From NCBI GenBank assembly GCA_035248565.1, contig DATFHH010000149.1, positions 2,497-66,496 on the forward strand: a stretch of DNA of 64,000 bases, read 5' to 3'. Origin of the DNA: Pyrinomonadaceae bacterium (lineage in GTDB: Bacteria > Acidobacteriota > Blastocatellia > Pyrinomonadales > Pyrinomonadaceae). The position numbers were made by a program, and so were the translations under genes. Of this stretch, positions 47,629 to 56,393 are shown piece by piece. The notes below the pieces were generated by a model. That model did no database searches. It worked only from the letters and a program-made list of their open reading frames with translations, and was not told the origin of the DNA. Numbering within the stretch: the stretch's first letter is position 1; every line of letters starts with the position of its first letter.

Positions 47629-48963
47629 CTACAGCCGTATGATGCGTGCCTTGCTCTGGCGCCGCACATCACCATTCAACGCGTTGCGTGTGTCGACGAT
47701 CACCGATGCCAGCGAACACACGTGTTTGTAGTCGATGCCGCTGTGGTCGGTGACAATAATCACGCAATCGGCCGACTTTAACTCTTCATCGGTGAGCGGC
47801 ACGGAGCTGATCGGCTCATGCGTCGCCTCTGTATGCGCGTCGTCAAACCGCAGCTCGCTCACAAATGGATCGTGATAACGAACGTTCGCGCCTTTCGCAC
47901 GGAGCCGGTCGATGATCGAGAGCGCCGGACTCTCACGCACGTCGTTGATGTCGCGCTTGTATGCCACACCAAGCAGCAATACATTCGATCCTTTCATCGA
48001 CTTGCACTCGTCGTTGAGCCCGTCAGAAACGAGTTGGACGACGTGCTCTGGCATGCGCGAATTGACTTCTTCAGCAAGACTGATGAAACGCGAATCAAAA
48101 CCGTGCTGCCTCGCCTTCCACGACAAATAGTGCGGATCGAGTGGGATGCAGTGGCCGCCAATCCCAGGGCCCGGATAAAAAGGCATAAAACCAAACGGCT
48201 TGGTAGCAGCCGCGCGGATTACTTCCCACGTATCGATATTGAGCGCATAACAAAGCCGCGCCATCTCGTTGGCCATGCCGATGTTGACCGCGCGAAAAGT
48301 GTTCTCCAAAAGCTTCGCGGCTTCCGCAACACGCGCCGAGCTGACAGCGTGAACGTCGTTGACGATCTGTGAATACAAGTGCGCCGCAACCTCAGTGGAG
48401 TCGTCTGTCACGCCACCGACGACCTTCGGAATGTTGTGCGTCATAAACTGAGGATTGCCTGGATCGACGCGTTCGGGTGAAAACGCCAGCAGGAAATCCT
48501 GGTCGAGTTTCAAGCCGGTCTGCTCGAACATCGGCAGCAGCACTTCATCGGTTGTGCCGGGATAAGTGGTCGACTCCAGAATTACCAGATGGCCGCGACG
48601 AAGTCGCTTCGTGATCTGCTCGGCCGCAGCGAAGATGTAAGAGACGTCCGGTTCTTTTGTTTTGCGCAGCGGCGTGGGCACGCAGATGATGATCGCGTCG
48701 CACTCGCTGAGATGACTGAAATCTGTTGTGGCGCGCAGACGCTTCGCATCGACAACTTGCTTCAATCGCTGCGACGACACGTCGCCGATGTAAGAGACGC
48801 CTTCATTGATGCTGCCGGCTTTGGTTTCGTCTACTTCAAAGCCGGTGCCCGTGAAACCTTTGGAGGCAAACTCGACTATCAAAGGCAAACCAACATATCC
48901 AAGACCAATCACGCCGACGTGCGCCTGTTTGTTTGTTATTCGACTAATCAGTTCGTTCTTCAT
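47629..48963 (-). CDS. UDP-N-acetyl-hexosamine (ManNAc/GlcNAc) 6-dehydrogenase, WecC/WbpA-like
   Basis: VIGLGYVGLPL Rossmann fold and catalytic GIGGHCIPLDP. Adjacent to wecB. ATG 48963 (MKNELISRI). Confidence 0.87.
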   Translation of the reverse strand: MKNELISRITNKQAHVGVIGLGYVGLPLIVEFASKGFTGTGFEVDETKAGSINEGVSYIGDVSSQRLKQVVDAKRLRATTDFSHLSECDAIIICVPTPLRKTKEPDVSYIFAAAEQITKRLRRGHLVILESTTYPGTTDEVLLPMFEQTGLKLDQDFLLAFSPERVDPGNPQFMTHNIPKVVGGVTDDSTEVAAHLYSQIVNDVHAVSSARVAEAAKLLENTFRAVNIGMANEMARLCYALNIDTWEVIRAAATKPFGFMPFYPGPGIGGHCIPLDPHYLSWKARQHGFDSRFISLAEEVNSRMPEHVVQLVSDGLNDECKSMKGSNVLLLGVAYKRDINDVRESPALSIIDRLRAKGANVRYHDPFVSELRFDDAHTEATHEPISSVPLTDEELKSADCVIIVTDHSGIDYKHVCSLASVIVDTRNALNGDVRRQSKARIIRL

Positions 48964-48967
48964 AGAA

Positions 48968-49030
48968 CCATCCACAGATTACGCAGATTATACATTACAC
49001 AGATCTGTGAAATCTGTGTAATCTGTGGAT
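48968..49030. repeat. Family A element, copy A7 (nested/composite)
   Basis: CCATCCACAGATTACGCAGATT (48968-48989), then an inner ATTACACAGATCTGTGA with 12-nt palindrome CACAGATCTGTG (48998-49009), then AATCTGTGTAATCTGTGGAT (49011-49030). Sits in a divergent intergenic region. Confidence 0.9.
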
Positions 49031-49034
49031 AAAA

Positions 49035-50552
49035 ATGAGCCGGGAACCCCCCAAACTCGTCCGTGGCCTGAGCCTGCTGGACGCAACGATGATCGTCGTG
49101 GGCTCGATGATCGGTTCCGGCATCTTTATCACCTCGGCGGAATCATCGCGGCTGGTGGGCTCACCTGGCTGGCTAATCGCAGCCTGGGCTCTCGGCGGCG
49201 TGCTCACGATCACCGGCGCACTGTGTTGTGCGGAGCTGGCAGCGATGTGGCCGCGCGCCGGCGGCCAATACGTCTTTCTGCGAGAAGCTTATGGTCCATC
49301 GGTCGGATTTCTCTTCGGCTGGGGCCTGTTTCTGATTATTCAATCAGGCACCATTGCGGCGGTCGCGGTCGCTTTTGCGAATTTCACTGGCGCGCTCACT
49401 GATTTGATCTCAGCCGAACGTTATCTCATTCCACCACTCGTACTGATAAAACCATTCACGATCGGCCAACTCTCATTCAATGGTTACGCGTTGAGTCTGT
49501 CAACCCAGCAACTTCTCGCAGTTGTAATGATTCTCTTTCTCACTATTATCAACACACGCGGACTGCAAACCGGCAAGATTATTCAGAACACATTTACTTT
49601 TACAAAAACCGCCGCGCTGGTCGGATTGATTTTGATCGGACTGATTCTCGGCTGGAATCACGGCAGTGCGGCTTACACGTCGTCGTGGTGGCAACCGTGG
49701 CAGAACGGTTGGAGACCTTCCGCATCGGAGGTTTGGTTTAATCCGGCGGGCCAGGGTCTGCTCGTTCTGGCGCTCTTGATGTTGCTTGGCCGCGCGATGG
49801 TTGGGCCACTCTTCGCGCAATCCGCCTGGAACAACGTGACGTTCACGGCCGGCGAAGTGCGAGAGCCCGGTAAGAACTTACCGCGCGCGTTGTTGCTCGG
49901 TTGTGGTCTGGTAGTGACTTTGTATCTGCTGGCGAACCTGGCTTACGTCGTGACGCTGCCCTTAGCGGGCATTCAGAACGCGCCGCAGAATCGAGTTGCG
50001 ACAGCGGTGATGCAAGCAGTGCTTGGCCCAAGCGGCGCCATCATCATGGCGATCGCGATCATGATCTCCACATTTGGTTGTAATAATGGACTGATACTCG
50101 CCGGCGCGCGTGTTTACTTTGCCATGGCGAGAGATGGGCTCTTCTTCAAACGAGTGGACAGCGTAAACAAGCATCATGTGCCGGCCGTGGCACTGATTGC
50201 ACAGGGCGTGTGGGCGGCGTTTCTGGTGCTTCCTCGCACCGTAACGAGCAATCGACAGACAGGCGCGTACACCTTTGGCAACGTTTACACGCAGTTGCTG
50301 GAGTACATCGTTTCGGCGGATCTGATCTTTTACGTGTTGATGGTGGGAGCGGTGATAGTGATGCGCCGCAAAGCGCCGGAGATTGAGCGGCCGTATCGAA
50401 CGTTTGGATATCCGATCGTGCCGCTGATTTATCTCTTGATTGCGGGATTGTTTATTGTTGATTTAGCGGTGCTGGCGCCGTCCACGTCGGGGATTGGGTA
50501 TTTGCTGGTGGCTACAGGCGTTCCGATCTATTTCGTTTGGAGCCGCGGATAA
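49035..50552 (+). CDS. APC superfamily amino acid permease
   Basis: 505 aa with about 12 TM helices. N-terminal GSMIGSGIF signature of amino acid/polyamine/organocation transporters. Confidence 0.85.
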   Translation: MSREPPKLVRGLSLLDATMIVVGSMIGSGIFITSAESSRLVGSPGWLIAAWALGGVLTITGALCCAELAAMWPRAGGQYVFLREAYGPSVGFLFGWGLFLIIQSGTIAAVAVAFANFTGALTDLISAERYLIPPLVLIKPFTIGQLSFNGYALSLSTQQLLAVVMILFLTIINTRGLQTGKIIQNTFTFTKTAALVGLILIGLILGWNHGSAAYTSSWWQPWQNGWRPSASEVWFNPAGQGLLVLALLMLLGRAMVGPLFAQSAWNNVTFTAGEVREPGKNLPRALLLGCGLVVTLYLLANLAYVVTLPLAGIQNAPQNRVATAVMQAVLGPSGAIIMAIAIMISTFGCNNGLILAGARVYFAMARDGLFFKRVDSVNKHHVPAVALIAQGVWAAFLVLPRTVTSNRQTGAYTFGNVYTQLLEYIVSADLIFYVLMVGAVIVMRRKAPEIERPYRTFGYPIVPLIYLLIAGLFIVDLAVLAPSTSGIGYLLVATGVPIYFVWSRG

Positions 50553-50572
50553 ACGCGGATGACGCGGATTAT
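50541..50572. repeat. Family C element, copy C11 (three words)
   Basis: AGCCGCGGATAAACGCGGATGACGCGGATTAT. Holds both convergent stops (permease TAA 50550-50552, polymerase TAA 50569-50571 on the minus strand). An inverted word TCATCCGCGA follows at 50582-50591. Confidence 0.88.
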
Positions 50573-52344
50573 TTTACCCATTCATCCGCGATTTCAGTTT
50601 CGACTTTAATGGGCACCGTCTTCAGGTATTCCTGGCCCGCGGCGCACATCAGGCGTTCGACTTTTTCAGCAACTGCCTGCGCTTCATCAGCATCCGTCTC
50701 GACGACAATCTCATCATGAATGATGTTCACGATCTGTGCGTTCGTATCGCTTAATTCTTCTTTCAACAACTTGAGCGCGCGTTTCAGGATGTCAGCACTT
50801 GTGCCTTGAATCGGCGTGTTCTTCCCGTTGCGTTGCGTCATCGAGATCTGTTGTCGATCATTTTCGTCGTAACGAAAGCGCACCAGACGTCCCGAGGCCG
50901 TGCGCGCCTGCCGCTCACTGACTGCGCGGTTCGCCGCGTCGCGCAAGTAAGCATCCAGTTGCCGATACGTCGCAAAATAGCGGCGCAACACGTTCTCAGC
51001 ATCTGGCACGCTCAAGCCAGTCATCATCGCAAAGCGTTGCGCGCCGATGCCATAAACCACACCGAAGTTCAATCGCTTTGCAAAATCACGCTGCTCTTTT
51101 GTGACCTGGTCCAGCGAAGCGTTGAAGACCTGCGCGGCCGTCACACGATGAAGATCCGCGCCGGAATTGAAAGCCTCCATGAAACCGCGATCGCCGGAAA
51201 ACTCCGCCAGGATTCGCAACTCGATCTGCGAATAGTCGGCGATGATCAACTTTCGTCCTTCCGGATAACCACTGAAACATCGCCGGTATTCGATCGTGTG
51301 CGGCACCTGCTGAATATTCGGATTCGTGCAGGCGAACCGGCCGGTTGGCGCGCCGATTTGGCGGAAGTCGGCATGCAGTCGCTTCGTCATGGGATTGATC
51401 ATCTCGATCATGTTCTCGCCGTAACTCGTGAGCGCCTTCTGCACAGTGCGATACTCGAGCAACGTTCCGATGATCGGATATTCCGCCGCGAGTGGCTGGA
51501 GTTTCCAGTTGCGCGTCGATTCAGGGACCGGAATGCCGAGGCGGGTCAGTGCTTTAGTCAACTGCTGCTGCGAATCAAGGTTGATGTCTTCGCGCTGTGG
51601 TCCACCAAACAACGAACCTTGCGACGATTCTTCCGCCAGCACTTCCTGCAACTGTTCGGCAAGCTCGCGCCGCCGTTTTTCGACAATGCTCAACTGCTCG
51701 AGCCAGCGGTCCTTGTGCATGTAAAAGCCAGCCAACTCGATGTCGACCACCGGCATCACGCATTCAAATTCGAGTTGCGCACACCTCACCAGGGACTCGG
51801 CTTTTAGTCTCTCGATCAACTTCTCACGCAGCGGCAGCAGGATGGCGGCGTCGCGCGCGGCGTATTCCAGTTGGGCTTCAGACAACTCGAAATTCCAGTC
51901 GCTCAAACGTTCGGTTTTGTCGACAGATTGATTTAGATAACGACTGGCGACTGTTTCGAGCCCGTGGCGTTCTTCGATGTCGCCCGCGCCGACGAGTTGA
52001 CTTGCCAGCAACGTATCGAACAGTCCACCAAGATCGACGCCGAGATTGTGCTTGATGAATTTCGCGTCGAACTTTGCGTTGTGCGCGATCTTGATTGGGC
52101 GTGGAGCAGCGAGGAGTCGTCGCAGTGGCGCGAGTGCTTCGCTCTTCGCTGCGTCGCCGTTGCTGAAGTGATCGAAGTCGAAGATGAAAACGCAATCAGG
52201 CCCGGCGAGTTGGAGTAGTCGCAATCGCGAGGTAAATGGATCGAGTTCGGTGGTTTCGGTGTCGAGCCCCACGACGGGTTGGGTCGTGAGGGTTTCAATT
52301 GCTTTCCGAACTTCTTCGGCAGTTTTGATTATTTGATAATTCAT
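50569..52344 (-). CDS. family A DNA polymerase, Klenow-like (3'-5' exonuclease + polymerase, no 5' nuclease domain)
   Basis: Exo I VGLDTETT, Exo II AHNAKFD, Exo III YAARDA. Pol motif A DYSQIELR, motif B RDFAKRLNFGVVYG, motif C HDE. 591 aa. Confidence 0.88.
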   Translation of the reverse strand: MNYQIIKTAEEVRKAIETLTTQPVVGLDTETTELDPFTSRLRLLQLAGPDCVFIFDFDHFSNGDAAKSEALAPLRRLLAAPRPIKIAHNAKFDAKFIKHNLGVDLGGLFDTLLASQLVGAGDIEERHGLETVASRYLNQSVDKTERLSDWNFELSEAQLEYAARDAAILLPLREKLIERLKAESLVRCAQLEFECVMPVVDIELAGFYMHKDRWLEQLSIVEKRRRELAEQLQEVLAEESSQGSLFGGPQREDINLDSQQQLTKALTRLGIPVPESTRNWKLQPLAAEYPIIGTLLEYRTVQKALTSYGENMIEMINPMTKRLHADFRQIGAPTGRFACTNPNIQQVPHTIEYRRCFSGYPEGRKLIIADYSQIELRILAEFSGDRGFMEAFNSGADLHRVTAAQVFNASLDQVTKEQRDFAKRLNFGVVYGIGAQRFAMMTGLSVPDAENVLRRYFATYRQLDAYLRDAANRAVSERQARTASGRLVRFRYDENDRQQISMTQRNGKNTPIQGTSADILKRALKLLKEELSDTNAQIVNIIHDEIVVETDADEAQAVAEKVERLMCAAGQEYLKTVPIKVETEIADEWVK

Positions 52345-52349
52345 ATAAA

Positions 52350-52399
52350 GCCATCCACAGATTACACAGATTAATCAATCTGCGTAATCTGCGGATGGC
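52350..52399. repeat. Family A palindromic element, copy A8
   Basis: GCCATCCACAGATTACACAGATT, aatc, then AATCTGCGTAATCTGCGGATGGC (two A/G differences between arms). Contains the MFS stop (52375). Confidence 0.9.
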
Positions 52400-53583
52400 T
52401 TCACAAAGATCAACAGCAGCACGGCAGCAGTTGCACCCATAACTGCGCTGACCAGAAACGCCGTTGTCGGTCCTTTCCAATCCCAAATCATACCCATCAA
52501 CAGCGAAGCAGGAAACACCGTGATACCGAAAGCAAGATTGTACAAGCCATACGCGGTGCCGCGTTGTTCCGGACGCACAAGATCCGCCACCAACGCCTTC
52601 TCAGCGCCCTCCGCCAACCCAAAGTAAAGACCGTAAATCAAAAACAGAATCCACAGCGACGCTTTGCTCGTCGCAAAGGCAAATCCGGCGTAAACAGCCG
52701 CGTACAATGCCCATCCCGAAACGATCAAACTCTTGCGTCCAAACCGATCTGAAAGATCTCCACCAAACAGCGAACTCAGAACTTTGCTGCCATGATGAGC
52801 GGCCCAAAGCAACGGCACCATCGCGGTCGACACTCCTGTGTTCGTCGCCCGCAAGATGAGAAAACTGTCAGATGAGTTTGAAAGGGTGAACAGCGCAAGC
52901 ACAAGCAGAAAGCGTTTGAAGTTGTTGTCAAAACCACGCAGCGTGAATCTCGGAATCTCCGCTCCTCGTGGCGCTTGCACCGGCGACTCGCGCATGAAAA
53001 AGATCGCGACTAACACTGCCATGAATGCCGGCACTGACGCGATGAGGAATATCCGTGTGAACTCACCCGCAGTCGGAAAGCCGTAGTTAGCAACGAATAG
53101 AACGACAAGTAAGTAGCCGATAAGTGGTCCAATAACCGCGCCCGCGTGGTCCATCGCACGATGAAAACCAAACGCGAGTCCGCGTTGCGAGATGTTGACT
53201 GTGTCGGCGATCATCGCATCACGCGGGGCTGTCCGCACTCCCTTACCGACGCGATCGGTCAGCCGGATCGCAAGCACCTGTGTCCACGATTGAGCAAACG
53301 CTAAAAGAGGACGCGCAATCGATGCGAGCGAGTAACCGGCGACGACCAGCAGCTTTCGTTTTGCAAGCCGATCGCTGAGATAACCGGCAAATAGTTTCAG
53401 CAGACTTGATATCGACTCGGCGAGTCCCTCGATGATCCCGATCGCTCTAGCTGAAGCGCCCAGAGTCATCGTGAGAAAGACGGGCAGCAGCGGATAAATG
53501 ATCTCGCTCGAGGCGTCGTTGAGCAGGCTAACCAGACCAATCGCGACTACGTTTCGTGGAAGACTGCGATACCGGCCCCACAA
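52375..53583 (-). CDS. MFS transporter
   Basis: About 12 TM helices and an MFS loop motif (DRLAKRK). The ORF is open to ATG 53694, but that would overlap queF by ~100 nt. A TTG at 53583 is proposed, so the start is uncertain. Confidence 0.72.
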   Translation of the reverse strand: MWGRYRSLPRNVVAIGLVSLLNDASSEIIYPLLPVFLTMTLGASARAIGIIEGLAESISSLLKLFAGYLSDRLAKRKLLVVAGYSLASIARPLLAFAQSWTQVLAIRLTDRVGKGVRTAPRDAMIADTVNISQRGLAFGFHRAMDHAGAVIGPLIGYLLVVLFVANYGFPTAGEFTRIFLIASVPAFMAVLVAIFFMRESPVQAPRGAEIPRFTLRGFDNNFKRFLLVLALFTLSNSSDSFLILRATNTGVSTAMVPLLWAAHHGSKVLSSLFGGDLSDRFGRKSLIVSGWALYAAVYAGFAFATSKASLWILFLIYGLYFGLAEGAEKALVADLVRPEQRGTAYGLYNLAFGITVFPASLLMGMIWDWKGPTTAFLVSAVMGATAAVLLLIFVKPSADYAD

Positions 53584-53590
53584 ACCTGTT

Positions 53591-53971
53591 TCAGTTTTTC
53601 CTGGTGTAAGAGGCACGAACGATCGTCTTGATGTTTCCGCGGACGTGAAAGTCACCTTCGATTTCGACGCGCAAAGGATCGCATGCGGCGACAAAGTCTT
53701 CGAGAATTATGTTGATTACGTGCTCGTGAAAGATCTTTACGTTTCGGAATGAGTTTATGTAGAGCTTCAGACTCTTGAGCTCGATGCATTGCTCGTTTGG
53801 AACGTATTCGATCCGGATAGTGGCGAAATCAGGGAAGTCTGAGAACGGACAGATCGCGGTGAACTCGGTCATCTCGAAATTGATTTTGATTTCGCGACCC
53901 GGAAATTCATAGGCGAACGTTTCCAGCAGAAATAGATTCATCTCCTCGCGCGGCGTCGACTGGATTTCCAT
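53591..53971 (-). CDS. queF: NADPH-dependent 7-cyano-7-deazaguanine reductase (type I QueF)
   Basis: Catalytic Cys in [13 protein letters not shown] and the QueF motif [13 protein letters not shown]. Confidence 0.88.
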   Translation of the reverse strand: MEIQSTPREEMNLFLLETFAYEFPGREIKINFEMTEFTAICPFSDFPDFATIRIEYVPNEQCIELKSLKLYINSFRNVKIFHEHVINIILEDFVAACDPLRVEIEGDFHVRGNIKTIVRASYTRKN

Positions 53972-54000
53972 TGCCGGATCTTAACCCATCCGCACAAGCG

Positions 54001-54098
54001 GCGCCTCCTTGGAGTGCGGCGGCCTGGCGCCGCTTTGGCCTCGATCAAGCGCCATCGATAACAAAGCGGCGTCAAGCCGCCGCACTCCAAGGAGGCGC
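54001..54098. repeat. Family B element, copy B3 (inverted orientation relative to B1/B2)
   Basis: GCGCCTCCTTGGAGTGCGGCGGCCTGGCGCCGCTTTG (54001-54037), 24-nt spacer (reverse complement resembles the B1 spacer), then CAAAGCGGCGTCAAGCCGCCGCACTCCAAGGAGGCGC (54062-54098). A single CCATCCGCACA word lies just outside at 53986-53996. Confidence 0.92.
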
Positions 54099-54863
54099 TC
54101 AACTCAACGCTGCACGATTGCCACGGCCTATGGCGAAGATCTTGATCAGCACGAGGCCGGCGACAAAACCACCAACGTGCGCCGCGTACGCAACGCCACC
54201 TTGTTGTGAGCCGCCGCCAAACACGCCCAAACCACTGATCAACTGAAACGCGAACCAGATCCCGATTGCCACCCACGCAGGAACAGCTGTGAGAAAGCGG
54301 AAGAGAATCACCGTAACCCGCCTTGAAGGATAAAGCAGGATGTAACCACCCAACACTCCTGAAATCGCTCCCGATGCGCCGAGACTCGGAACCAGCAGAC
54401 TGCTTTGATCCGTCGCGAACGCTGCCGTTGCAAACACATGGGCCAACGAAGCGAGCACTCCGCAAATTAAGTAGAAGAAAAGATATCTTGTATGGCCCAG
54501 GCGATCCTCGATGTTGTCGCCGAAGATCCAGAGGAAGAGCATGTTGCCTCCGATGTGCAAAATGCTTCCGTGCATGAACATCGACGTGAACAGCGTCGTG
54601 TAGACTGAAACCGGCGTTACAGCCAATCCGGGTTGCAGGAGTCGTTGTCCCGTAATTGCATCAACTACCACATGGCTTTGAGTAACGACGTCGTGACCCG
54701 TAATAATCTCCAAAGGCACGGTTGAAAACGCATACGTAAATTGAGTGTCGCTTCCGAGCTTCTGTAGAACAACAAAGACAAAGATATTCAGGGCAATGAT
54801 CCCGTAGTTGATAATCGGCGTGATCGTTCTGTCTGAGTTGTCGTCGTACAGCGGAAGAACCAT
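54099..54863 (-). CDS. rhomboid family intramembrane serine protease
   Basis: HIGGNMLFL (H..N) and GASGAISGVLG (catalytic Ser) motifs. 6 TM helices. Confidence 0.88.
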   Translation of the reverse strand: MVLPLYDDNSDRTITPIINYGIIALNIFVFVVLQKLGSDTQFTYAFSTVPLEIITGHDVVTQSHVVVDAITGQRLLQPGLAVTPVSVYTTLFTSMFMHGSILHIGGNMLFLWIFGDNIEDRLGHTRYLFFYLICGVLASLAHVFATAAFATDQSSLLVPSLGASGAISGVLGGYILLYPSRRVTVILFRFLTAVPAWVAIGIWFAFQLISGLGVFGGGSQQGGVAYAAHVGGFVAGLVLIKIFAIGRGNRAALS

Positions 54864-54883
54864 GGTCCTCTTACCTCATCCCG

Positions 54884-54923
54884 ATGTGACGCGGATTCTA
54901 ACGCCTGTTGTATGCGCAGATTA
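54884..54923. repeat. Family A/C-like words (degenerate)
   Basis: GATGTGACGCGGATT...TGCGCAGATTA, between the transporter stop (54945) and the rhomboid ATG (54863). Confidence 0.45.
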
Positions 54924-54944
54924 TGACGTGGCTGTTACAAAGAG

Positions 54945-56390
54945 TTAATCCATGCCACGGTCCGCGAGCGAAACACCTGCATGAACCAGCGCAGGCTCGT
55001 GCGGCTTCAGCAATTCGTAGCCCTCCGAACGCGCGACGTATGTTGCGGCCGTAATGTCGCCGGTAACGTTCAGCGTGGTGCGACACATATCGCATAAACG
55101 ATCGACTCCGAGGATGATCGCGATCAAAGCTGGATTGACACCGATCGTAACCAGCACTCCAATAATGAACGGTATCGAGCCTGAAGGTACGCCCGCCGTT
55201 CCGATGCCGCCGAGAATCGCCAGATAGACCACCATCAACTGTTGGCCCAGGCTGAGATCGACGCCTGCAAGCTGGGCCAGAAATAACACGGTGACTCCTT
55301 CGTACAGCGCCGTGCCGTTCTGATTTGCAGTGGCGCCGACAGTCAGCACGAAGCTGTTGATCTCCTGTGGCACTCCGAGGTTCTGTTCTGACACTCGCAG
55401 CGCTGTCGGTAGCGTAGCGTTAGATGAGGAGGTTGAGAAGGCGGTCAGTATTACAGTCTTTATTCGTCTGAAAAACTCCAGCGGAGACATGCGCGACAGG
55501 AAATAGATCGAGAGCGAGTAAACGCCAAACATGTGTATCGCCAGGCCAAGCAACACAGTGACGACAAACCACGCCAGCGCTTGCAGCAGGTCCAATCCAA
55601 ACCGCGCGGTGTTGTTAAAGAGCAGGCACGCCACCGCGTACGGCGCAAACTTCATAATGATCTCAATGATCTTCGCCGTGATCTCGTAAATGCCCTCGAG
55701 GACGCGCAACACCGGCGCGGTGACAGTCACGGGCAGCAGCGTGATCGCAATTCCAACGACCAGTCCGAAAAACATGAGGTGAAGCATGTTTGGATCTTCC
55801 TTGCCCGACACAGCATAGAAAGGATTTTTCGGAACGATCGTTTCGACTACAGCCATCAGAGGCTTGGGAGTCGCGCCGCTTGCCTGCTTTGCAGCTTCGA
55901 CGTTTTTGGTAGCATCGCCGGCGTAACGTTGTTGCAGCGCTGCTGAGGTGTTTGGATCGATGCGCTTGCCGGGCTGGATCGTGTTAGCGAGAGTGATGCC
56001 AATCGCAACCGAGATTGCGGAGATTACGAGACAATAACCAAACGACTTAAGACCAACGCGCCCGAGTTTGCGAATATCGCCTATGCCGGCAACGCCTACG
56101 ACGAGTGAAGAAAACACCAACGGCACGACGATCATCAGCAGCAGTCGCAGAAATAACTGGCCGACCGGCTGCGTGACGTTGTCGACGATCCAGACGACGC
56201 GCGGATGATCGCCGCCCCAAAAACGATTTACAGCAATGCCTGCGATCACGCCGACTGCGAGGCCAATGAGAATGCGTGTGTGAAGCGGCATGCCTTTCGG
56301 CTTGTCGGGAGTCTCTTCGTCGAGATCGGTTGCTATCTCGCGCTCGAATGCGTCTCGAGCGACTCGGTTTTGGTCTTCTTTTTCCGGCAT
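54945..56390 (-). CDS. dicarboxylate/amino acid:cation symporter (DAACS family)
   Basis: Typical SSSNATLP, ..TVGATANQNGTALY.., ..DRLCDMCRTTLNVTGD motifs of GltP/DctA-type carriers. Confidence 0.88.
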   Translation of the reverse strand: MPEKEDQNRVARDAFEREIATDLDEETPDKPKGMPLHTRILIGLAVGVIAGIAVNRFWGGDHPRVVWIVDNVTQPVGQLFLRLLLMIVVPLVFSSLVVGVAGIGDIRKLGRVGLKSFGYCLVISAISVAIGITLANTIQPGKRIDPNTSAALQQRYAGDATKNVEAAKQASGATPKPLMAVVETIVPKNPFYAVSGKEDPNMLHLMFFGLVVGIAITLLPVTVTAPVLRVLEGIYEITAKIIEIIMKFAPYAVACLLFNNTARFGLDLLQALAWFVVTVLLGLAIHMFGVYSLSIYFLSRMSPLEFFRRIKTVILTAFSTSSSNATLPTALRVSEQNLGVPQEINSFVLTVGATANQNGTALYEGVTVLFLAQLAGVDLSLGQQLMVVYLAILGGIGTAGVPSGSIPFIIGVLVTIGVNPALIAIILGVDRLCDMCRTTLNVTGDITAATYVARSEGYELLKPHEPALVHAGVSLADRGMD

Positions 56391-56393
56391 TGG

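Noticed and set aside
50806-51807. 333-aa plus-strand ORF antisense to the polymerase gene.
   Set aside because: No recognisable family. The opposite strand carries all family A polymerase motifs.
7978-52399. The outer word of family A (ATCCACA) resembles a DnaA box (TTATCCACA). There is a perfect TTATCCACA on the minus strand at 49024-49032, and 8/9 matches in copies A3 and A6. Family C words (TTATCCGCG) match 7/9.
   Set aside because: Copies are scattered over more than 50 kb at gene ends rather than clustered. There is no dnaA/dnaN or AT-rich unwinding region. The two 5' positions that define a DnaA box vary freely among copies (CC, TC, AC, GC, GT, TT). This is more likely a coincidental sub-match, and it is worth testing only by DnaA ChIP.
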